Below, piece after piece: positions 40,447-50,849 of a DNA stretch of 64,000 nucleotides; position 1 is the stretch's first letter, and each line of letters opens with the position of its first letter. The notes beneath the pieces are model-generated. The model made no database searches and was not told the DNA's origin. It saw nothing but the letters and a program-made list of their open reading frames with translations. Source of the DNA: Geosiphon pyriformis uo1 (Eukaryota; Fungi; Glomeromycota); contig JAAOMT010000129.1 in NCBI GenBank assembly GCA_016748015.1, positions 558,001 to 622,000 on the forward strand, read 5' to 3'. A program made the translations under genes and the position numbers.

Positions 40447-43400
40447 ATAATCCTACAGAGAACCAGCACCGACAACACCAAACCAAAAGTGGCAGAATCA
40501 GAAATTATAGGAGCAAACCATTTAGGATTCGCAAAATCCTTATTTCAACACTATTGTCAATACTTGGGATTAAACCACAATTATATATCCGCCGAATCAG
40601 CCTTCAATTTCTACGTCAACAAAAAGATTTCCTCTTTATTAGGAACACTAGTAAATACTGAATCAGCAAGAGAAACTTTCTATAAGAAATTAATTCAAAA
40701 CACCAACCTATCAACAAACCATAATTTTGCATCCATCATCACTGAGATCAACAAAGAAATTGAACACCATACTTAACAAAAATATCTAATTACATACGCT
40801 AGTAAAGGCAAGAGAAAATTACAAACACCAGCAGTAACACCCAGAAAAATACAGCTACCTGCTTGGAAGAAAAACAGAATTGAATTTCCAAGCAACCCAT
40901 TCTACCACTATACACCTGGAAGCGCTATCAACATATCATCAACAGACACATTCCCATCAACTGCGACATCAGCATTTGGACGATTCCCATTCCAAAGTAG
41001 ACAAAGGAAAACAGAATTGTTAGGACCATATAGTGAATACTTTGAGGGATTTAATTCGCAATCAGCAACCTTATCAGGACTTCAATTACCACCACCTCCA
41101 CCAGATTTTGGAATCTCTGATTCATGGGAAGCAGCAGAATCAGAAAAGGAGGAAGAAGAATCAGAGGATCAAGAATTCACTTACCAGCACCCGATCACTG
41201 AAAACCCAGAAGTTGAAACCCCGAATCTTCAAACTCAGCAACAGTTAGAAAATCCAGAAATCAAAACTCCGAATATTTGAATGCCACCAAATCCAAGAAA
41301 TCAAAACCCTGAATTAATTAATCAGCAAAACTTACCTCTGGTAATCGTCATCAATCAACTGCTGATTAATCCCATAGCCGAACTCATACAGCAGCCACTT
41401 TAGCTACCACCCTAACAGCCAGAACAACAACAACTGCTTCAACAGCCACTACAACCACCTAACTTAGATCCAATGGCCTATGCACCAATCACAAAACTTG
41501 ACAACTTTACGGGCAAAGAGAATGATGCTCAAATATGGCTGAATGATGTAGAAAAGACCATTGCAGCCAATGGATAAAATGACGCTTAAGCAATGCAAGC
41601 CATTCCCTACTTTCTCAAGGATACCACCAATTCATGGTACTAGAACTTGATTAATAAACCACAAGATTTTAATGCCTTCAAAGTAGAATTTCTAAGATAC
41701 TTCAGCAACAATAACAGCATCAATCACCTAGTCAATGCATTTACCATTATGAAACAAGGAGAAACCAAAGCAGTCACCACTTACCTGGGATGCTTCTATT
41801 GAAACTTACGCCAAATTCAAGCAATTGACGACGACTATTTCACAGCACCACAGATACTCAACCAGTTTATCTGTGGCCTATGCAGCAGCATCTTGCAACA
41901 TGTATGTCTGTTGCATCCTGGCACGCTTCAAGACGCAGTCACACACACCAGAGATTTTGAATCTGCTGAGTCAGAGACTAACCATGTCCAAGCTGTTAAT
42001 CTAGTAATAAACGGATCATCTGAATTGGATTCTAAATTGAAGAAGTTCAGTGAATCAATCAATAAGAGATTGGAAGGATACTTAGCTGATAATCACGCCA
42101 TTTATCAGCCTCCACAATGACACAATAATCAAGGAAATTATAATTGTGGTCAAAATCAACCACGTCCATCTCCATCAACCAATCGACAGTGGCAACAGGA
42201 AACACATATCTGCCACTATTGTGGTAAATAAGGACATATCCAAATTGACTGTTGCCAGTGTTTAAATAACCAACAATCAGAAAATCAATATTAAAACCCC
42301 GATTGTCAGTTCCAAACTCCAAATCAGTACCCAAATCAAAACCCACTCGCTTATCTACTAGTGACGCAGTCATCAGTCTATCAGTTTCCAGTATATCAAC
42401 CTCCAATTTATTAGCCACAGCCACAAGTAATATATTAACTGCAGCCACAAATAATCTATCAACCCCAACAAATCCAAACACCACCCCAAAGCTTACCACC
42501 CAACAGAACTCAAAGACTGAAAATGACTCAACAGAGCTGGAGATCGGCGATGGTAGTCCATCAACTGATCCCCAGTTCTTCACAGTAATCATCTGGATTA
42601 TGCCAGCAGAATTTGGGTACCAGTCAGCCCCAGAACCCAAATTCCCAGAACTATTTAAGTCTCTTGGTCACCTCAGAAGATGCTTCAACCAATAACCCGG
42701 CATTTACCCAAAAACAACTACTCACCAGTAATATCCCACCTGCTACCATCACCGAAGACGAGTTATTGGCCACTATCTTCCTATTCAAATTTGAGGAAAC
42801 AGCTGCAACGTCATTATTTAGTGAAACCACTTTTGAAGCCAAACCAATCACTGCAATGTACACTGACACCAAAGTAAAAGGACAATCCATCAAATTAATC
42901 CTGGACAGCAGTTCTGCAGGCAGCATAATCACAAGACAACTCATGGATCAATTAAGTCACCAAGTTGATCGAGCTGCCAGCATCAGAATCATCACAGCCG
43001 ATGGAGTGACCAAAACTCCAATTGGTGAAATTAATGACTTTCTTTTTGAAGTCAATGGCATTGTGACTCCCATTAAAGTTCTAGTGATGGAAGCCACTCA
43101 ATACCAAGCTCTTATTGGTAATGACTGGCTATCCAAAGTCAATGCAATGTTAGACTGGAACACCCAGGAACTCCAGCTAATGTATCAGGGCCAACACATA
43201 TGTGTTCCGGCCACGTATGGCCACTTCAAAACTCCTCCAAGAGAGAAACTATTGATCAAACTGGAGGAGGAGAAAGAAAAGCTGACCTGGGAAGCCTATC
43301 AAGTATTGTGGGCAGACGAAGAGCACAACGAACTACTGCCCATACTCTCCTGGGATGACAGCAACAAGGGAAAAGGGAAACAAAAGGAAGAACTTACCTA

Positions 43401-46400
43401 GAAAACTGATGACCTGACATAGATTGACAACGACAAGAGCAAACCGACTTCAAGCTGGAAATGGGAAGAGGACAAAGAAAATAAAAGAAAAGGGAAAGAA
43501 GAAGAAACCACCCAAACCATCACCACTTATCATAATACCTACACTATTCTACAACAATCTACTTATCGTCGACCTAAGCTTATATGCGTCGATTGTGGCA
43601 AGAAATTGTTGTCAATGGGCGCATGCTGTGGTGACGATAAGGAATACCACACCGCAACAAAATTCTACTGTCATCCATGCTTACTCGAACACTTTGGACG
43701 ACCAAAAAGGCAAGGAAAATGGGATAACCAACCTTGTCTCACTTGTGGAGAGACTCTGCTAGATGAAGGGATGTAAAATGACATCCCAGGACGAGGAGGA
43801 ACATGTGACATGTTGTGTCAATACACAATTCTAATAAGTGACTGGGTAAGGAAAGGAACCCCAATAGAAGCAGCCTAGAGAAGAACCATGCAGTGACTGA
43901 ACAGTTGTTCACATGATGATGACAAAATTTGGCGAATGGCACTTGCAAAAATCAAAGAGACGATGCCAGAAAAGATAAAAATGATCAAAGACAACTCCCC
44001 AGAATCTTTAGAGCTTGACTGGGATGCAGAACCCATCATAAACCTCCTGGATCCGGAACAATTCCATGAACACTACCAAGAATTAGCACCCAAAAGGGAA
44101 GAACAAAAACAATAGTTAGGGCAGTTGAATGCTTGACTATGTCAACACTGCCTAATTCTCTGTGACTTTCAGTATTGCGATGAGTGTGACCTCATTTACA
44201 ATCCACCACCATGCATGATCTACACAATCCTGGAAGAGGAAAAACCAATCAGCAGCTGCACATCAGAATCAGAATTGCCGATCAATCGTGATTCGAACTC
44301 TGACAATGACAATGACAACAATGGTTCAAGCTCTGTTCAAAATGACAATGACAATGACAATGATTCCGACTCAGATACAAACTATGAACAATACATTGCA
44401 CTACCAGATCTCTCCAAGGAACAAGAGTTGAAATGGTATAGTGACAATGGGGAAGGTATTATGCCAGAATGTGTGCATGATACTGATGCAGGGTTTGATC
44501 TGAGATATTCAGGAAAAGATGCCATCAAATTAGAACTGCATTCATGCACCTGCATTGATCTGAAAATAGCACTAAAAATTCTGGCAACAACAATGGTTCA
44601 ATTAGCATTTAGGAGTAGTTTAGCGAAAAAAGGAATCAATATAAGAGGAGGAATAATTGACACGGAATATGTAGAAAATATCATTGCCATGCTACAAAAT
44701 GACTCAGAAAAGGCCTATATAATAGAGCCCAATGAAAAGATAGCACAGGCAATATTCCTGCCTCTGATTAGAGTAGCTCAGTTAGTGTCAGTGAGAAAGA
44801 GGGAGGAATTGGGAATAACAGTGAAGGGAATACAAGGATTTGGATCAACAGGTAGAATAGAAGTATCAGTTAATATGGTGGAGGAAGAGATTGTTGGCCA
44901 AGAAGAAATTATCTCAACTGGTCAAGCTATTTCCATTCCACCATATAGCCAGTACATATTAGCAATAGAAAGGAAGGAAAAGGAGCAAGAACAGATTTTT
45001 GAAGTGGAAGCAACCCTTTGTGAATCAGGAGAGATTGGGTTAATCAATCTTCACATACTAGCCAAAAACTATAGCAGCATAAAAATTCCCATCTACAATA
45101 ACACTGACAATATTATCAACATACCAGAAGGAACCACTATCAGATATTTGACCACAGAAATAGAAGACCAACCACCAAACCCCATTCCAGACTTTCCACA
45201 ACTTTGTGGATATGTTGATATCACATCACAAACCATCTATAAACGAGACAAATGTTATTTGCTCCAACCAGAACAATTGGAACAAATGAACATGGGAAAC
45301 TTGGATTCACTCCAATGTATGCAGCTCAAGATGTTACTCAACAATTTCAACGACATCTTTGCCAGCGAAAATGAGTTTGGCCAAACTGACATCATCCAGC
45401 ATCAGATCAAGACTGGAGATGCAATGCCAATCAAACAAAGAGCATACAGAGTGCTGCCAGCCAGCCACGAGATTATTTGTCAAGAGATAAACAGAATGCT
45501 TGACAACAGGCTAATTCAACCATCAATGAGTCCATGATTGTCACCAGTGGTACTTGTCCATAAAAAAAATAGAAAAATCTGGTTTTGTGTAGACTACAGG
45601 AAACTCAATGGTGTAACTCGTGGAGACAGTTATCCAACTCCATGAATACAGGAATTATTTGATGCTTTCAGTGGGAACAAATGATTCTTCACATTAGATT
45701 TGAACAGTGGTTACTGGCAAGTAGCCATGAATTCAGCTGACAAAGAGAAGATGGCATTTACTACTAAAGAAAGGAATTTCGAATTTGAAGTAATGCCATT
45801 CGGCTTAACCAATGCCCCAGCAACTTTCCAACAGCTAATGGAAATTGTTTATACTGGCTTATTGTGAAAATCAGTAGTTGTATACTTGGATGACACCAAT
45901 GTATTTTCAAAGACGTTTGATGATCATCTTTATCATTTTCAACAAGTGTTCAAAAGACTAAGAAGAGTAGAACTAAAGTTAAATGCGACAAAGTGCTTCT
46001 TTGGCAAGACAGAACTCAAATTCTTGAGACACATAGTCAGCAAAGATGGCATCAAAACGGATCTAGAGAAAATAGAGATAGTAAAAAACTTTCCAGTGCC
46101 AACCAATATAACAGAACTGAAATCATTATTGGGATTTGCCAGTTACTATCGCTGTTTTATCAAGAACTTTTCCAAGATAGCACAGCCACTCAATCAACTG
46201 CAAAACAAAAATGCGAAATATGAATGGACAGAAAGTCAACAAGAAGCTTTTGATATTCTGAGGAAAAAGCTCATCCAAGCTCTAGTACTGATCTATCCAG
46301 ATTACAGCAAACCATTCATCATCACCACTAATGCATTCAGCCAAGCATTGGGAGCAGTATTATCTCAGAGAAGACCGGACAGCAGAAAACATCCAGTAGC

Positions 46401-46686
46401 ATATGCCAGCAGAGATTTAACACCAGCCAAAAAAAACTATGGAACACCAGAACAAAAACACTTAGCAATATACTGGGCTGTCATAAAATGAAAAGAATAC
46501 TTAAGCCAGAAGTTTGAAGTATACACAGATCACAAGGGATTAACATCACTCCAAAAACAAGAATTTGGAGATGGAAGACAGTCAAGATGAAAAATGGCAC
46601 TCACACTATACAATTATACTATACATTACAAAAAGAGAAAAGACAATGGAAATGCTGATGGTTTATCGCGAATAAAACAAATCTAA
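40447..46686 (+). pseudogene. Gypsy B single-frame gag-PR-(Cys-rich)-dUTPase-RT-RNase H polyprotein (~2080 codons, nonsense mutations only)
   Basis: ORF-track fragments 40489, 41017, 41893, 42613, 44215 and 45886 are all in frame 1. Gag MAYAPITKLDNF, CHYCGK.GHIQIDC; PR LILDSS; RT VYLDD; RNase H ends NADGLSRIKQI-TAA. Confidence 0.9.
44461..44853 (+). other. Trimeric-type dUTPase domain inside Gypsy B pol
   Basis: All five motifs in order: AGFDL, RSSL, GIIDTEYVE (GIIDAGYVG after restoring G>A), IAQ, KGIQGFGSTG. Confidence 0.93.
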
Positions 46687-46749
46687 GAACATTTCAACCC
46701 AAAAATATAATAAAACCAGAACAATACCAACGGAAAAATACAACAAAAG

Positions 46750-48119
46750 ATGAACATACAAAAATATTAACAATTGCAACATTATCTAAATACTCAACAG
46801 TTCAAAGAGAATTTATCTCATATGGAATGAAAAAGTATCAAACAACAATCAAAATATTTTATCACTCACCAAAATATACTTTATCGGAAAAATAGAATGG
46901 ATCCAGATCAACCAACCAGAGTAATAACAGAGCCAGAAAAAGAGACAATATTATTCAACATGCACTCAAATTTAACAGCAGGACATTTTCACAAAGAAGC
47001 AACCATGGAAAAAACTAAAAAAAGATACTATTGGCCATCAATATACCCAGACATTATTCAATATGTTTAAAATTGTGATGCTTGTCAGCGAAGAGGAGGA
47101 ACAAGACTCAGTGAACCATTAAGACCAATCAAAGTGGGACAACCATTTGATTGTATGGGAATTGATTTAGTCAGACCATTAACAATCACCAACAGAAGAA
47201 ACAGATACATAGCAGTAGCTATGGACTATCTCACTAAATGGCCAGAGACAAAAGCAATTCAAAGAGTGGATGCAGAATTTGTTCATCAGGATTTGATTTG
47301 TCGACATAGATGTCCAAAAGAATTATTATCAGACCAAGGAATTCATTTTGTGAACAGAACATTAACAGAATTAAGCCAAAGATTCGGAATCAAGAGACCA
47401 TTATCATCACCATACCATCCACAAACCAATGGATTAATAGAAAGATTCAACAGAACATTGTGTGAAGCAATAGCCAAGCTCAGCTAAGAAAACCAGAACA
47501 ATTGGGATTTGTTCATACCATCAGTACTATTTGCTTATCAGACAATGAAACAAGATACTACACAAGTAACACCATTTGAATTAGTATATGGGAGAATAAC
47601 AACATTATCAGTAGAGAGAAAAATTAATACATATCCAGCTGAACCAATAACAGAGGAAAATTTTCAAGAAACATTGCTGAGAAGAACATATGACTTAATG
47701 GAAACATTGGAAAACAAACAAAAAAGAGCAGCTAATAATATCTAAAAGTCACAAAAAACACAGAAAGAAAGACACAATAGTCAACTATCAGACAAACCAG
47801 TTGAATTTAAGATCGGAGACAAAGTATTACTACATCATACCAAAGCGGAAAAACAATGGAGTGGAAAATTTGACCCCAAATGAGACGAACCATTTCACAT
47901 AGAAGAAATTCTAGAAAATGAAGCTTACAAATTAAGATTGATAACAAAATTTTAACCAAAGCAGCACATGGAGATTGATTGAAACCATATCACAACATTA
48001 CACTACCATCTACCAGTAATATTCCACAATTAGGAGTACAGAGAATACTAGTCCAACCAGATGAGATTCCACGAGATCGGGAACCAATTATTATTATCAA
48101 CAACAACACATTAAATTGA
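46750..48119 (+). pseudogene. Gypsy B integrase, separate ORF (MNIQKY.QLQHYL...)
   Basis: MH...GHF...CDACQ, GIDLV, DYLTKWPE, SDQG, PYHPQTNGLIERFN, GPF-like module; no chromodomain seen. Preceded by three in-frame TAA after RNase H. Confidence 0.88.
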
Positions 48120-48143
48120 TCCATCAAAAAAATATATAAAGAC

Positions 48144-48803
48144 ATGGTAAACGCAACAGGAAATATCAGAAAAATGGAAATTACAGACAATATTCACTTA
48201 TTAGCACAACAACTCTTTCAATTAATCCAACACCAGAAAATGGAGATTACAATCAATCAACAAACCATTTGATATCAAGATACTAGAAAAACATTTCAAC
48301 TCAGAACACAGAAGAAAACTGAAAATACTGTGGACAAAATCATGACAAAAGTAAAATTAACAATAAAAAAATCGACAAAAGAGTCACTATATCAAGAGTT
48401 GACTAAAGAAACTTGGAATTAGTGGATACAACAATTTCCATAAAACTATTGTTATTTTTACTTGGGACAACACGTAAACATCCAGAATCTATATACAAAT
48501 AAAACAAAGCGATTATTCGACCAAAGAGTACTATAACAATTAGAATATTTTGTGGGAAAGAACAACTTATCTACACAAGCCTGAGCCATATACTGAATAC
48601 ATACAGCATTTTAAGATAAACCAGAAATATTGCTCAACAGAGCAATAGATCTGGTTACCAGTAATCAATTGGGAAAAATCACCAATGCTCAATTTAAAGA
48701 ATTACAGACCCAAATAACACAAGTAATTCTCGAAAACAAAATCCAGGAAATACTTCAAGAGGAGGAATTACATGATTTAGATTTCGACGGAGCTCAATAT
48801 TAA
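48144..48803 (+). pseudogene. Gypsy B ORF3 (env position, 220 codons, unknown function)
   Basis: ATG at 48144 (MVNATGN...CYFYLGQ...DFDGAQY*), one frame; internal stops are consistent with CAA/CGA/TGG-type transitions. Confidence 0.65.
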
Positions 48804-48816
48804 AAGAAGAAAATAA

Positions 48817-49693
48817 TGTTATTCATAGAAATATAAGAAATATATTAGCATAATTATTAGCCAATCAGAAGGAAGCGTAGTAAATGTGGAATTCCAGGAT
48901 TTTTTTTAGGAATTGCAGGATTCCAGGAATTTCAGAATTCCCAATGAGGAATTGCAGGATTCCAGAATTCCAGGATTCTTCTCAAAAGAATTACAGGATT
49001 CCAGGAATTGCAGGATTCCTGTCGTAAAGAATCAAAGAATTGAGAAATCTCAATTATGTATATATAGCAGTAGTGTTAGAAATAGAAAAGACAGAATCGA
49101 TACCACAGAATCCTTAACCTAAAAACACAATCATCAAATAAATAATTATTTCATATCTCAAATCTACTCCCCACTATCAACTCTTCATGTTGATAGTAAA
49201 TAATACTTAACCACACTGGAACAATAGCTCTTGATCACAGCTATTGACGGGATACTAATCTGCAAATCGCCTTGGCTTATTTCTTTGCTTTCTTTATTTT
49301 TCTTTTATTTCTTTTTTCTTTATTTTATTTTGATTTGTTGTTATATATACTAATTAATAAAAGATTAAGCACTGAGTTATTAATGTCAAGAATAGCCTGG
49401 TAAAAGACCCAGAAATATGGGTAGAATTTTATATATTATCGGATAGCTTACCAGAAGGGCATGACTGCCAGAATAAATCCGGCCGCCAAGCTGAGAAAAA
49501 AATTGGGCATAATTGTGACTTCAGAAAAACTACTACTATTACCACTGAATCTCTGTCTATTATACAAAGAACTCCACAACAAAACCTTCAGATCAATTAA
49601 TACCTTCAGATATTACCAATCACATTATAGCAATTGAGCACCAAGTTATGGATTTGTTATTTAATTCAACAACAGAAATAATTACCTGTAACA
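48817..49693 (+). repeat. 3' LTR of Gypsy B
   Basis: TGTTAT...GTAACA; same length as, and collinear with, 39550-40426. Confidence 0.95.
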
Positions 49694-50849
49694 ACAGAAA
49701 ATTATTTATTAATATTTTTAATATTGTATACTTTTTTTTTATGCTTAAATAATAATAATTTATATTTTATTTTAAATAAAAAATTTGTTTTTAAAAAGCA
49801 ATATTAGAAAACTGTAAATATTTTTAATAATACCAAATTAATTACTTTAAAATTGGTTAAGTTTATGTAAAATTTAGTTATTAAATATAAAGCTACTATT
49901 TAGTCTTATAAAGCTAAGTTTAAAGTTAATATAGAAAAAAATAATTAAATTAAATTAAATAGTTTTTTATTGCTTTTAATTTACAGTTTATTAATAATCT
50001 TATTTGTTAGTATAATAAAATTGCTTGGTATTAATAAGATTTACAGTATGAATTTTTGATTTGTATTTGTAATATTTCTTTTTTTTAACTTTAATAATAA
50101 TATATTTGTTAAAATTAACACTTAGTGTTGTCTTAATTATAAAAATACATAATTTACATCTAGTTTAGAATACTTAGTTGTTAATAGTGATTGGATCTTA
50201 CTTATTAAACATAAAAAAAATTTTTTGTAATTAAATAATTCAATAATATAATTGGTTAAAATTGTATGTAAAGAGATAATTTGTTTTGCTTTTACAATTA
50301 GCAATAATTAACCAAAATTTGCATTTTAAAAAAAAAAATCAAAGCCACATTTGTTTAGTAGTTTATATTTTTCCCTACCAAACCTTCTCCATATTCGCTC
50401 ACGATGGATGGACAAAAATTTTCGTACCAAATCTACCATTTTGCAATTAGCGACTCGAGCATTCTTGAAGAAGGCAAAAGAATCCTCATACCATCTCTTG
50501 AAAACGAAACTCTTGGTCATTGTCGTGTAATTAATTAAACAATTATCCATTTGTGGATAATTAATATAAATTTTATCCTAAACTAAATAGAAAAGTAAAT
50601 AAGATAAACGAAACACAATGCAAGAATTACTAATACTGGCATGTATAAACGGTTGTTGTACAAATTTAAATTAAATTTACGAAATTCCAAATATTTAAAC
50701 CTATTCATGCATAATCATAATTAGATCATATCAAACAAACAGCCACCCTATTGTGACATATATTACACCATGATAGAAGTTGAAATCATTTTTACATTTT
50801 ACCTGCTTTCTCACTTGGATTTCTTGTTAGTGCCTCAAAAACATTGAAA

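Larger units (their letters stand above)
39550..49693 (+). mobile_element. Full-length Ty3/Gypsy LTR retrotransposon B carrying a dUTPase (inactivated)
   Basis: Two 877-bp LTRs, 4-bp TSD ACAG (39546-39549 / 49694-49697), PBS, PPT (~48802-48816); gag-PR-dUTPase-RT-RH, integrase, ORF3. Confidence 0.96.
38400..50220 (+). mobile_element. Old LINE 3' half, the host of the Gypsy B insertion
   Basis: KKFGVIFIN*L...*KKLNLKD (~38633-38735) matches RRYGLIFANQL...WKKLDFRD. Degenerate 3'UTR motif ATAAAAATACATAATTTACATCTAGTTTAGA and A tail at ~50140-50220. Confidence 0.55.

Noticed and set aside
42059-42695. Overlapping ORFs 42303-42695 (+) and 42059-42640 (-) as extra genes or a gag-pol frameshift
   Set aside because: Frame 1 continues through as a Q/P/Y-rich gag tail with only CAA/CAG-type stops; the other frames are open because of low complexity.
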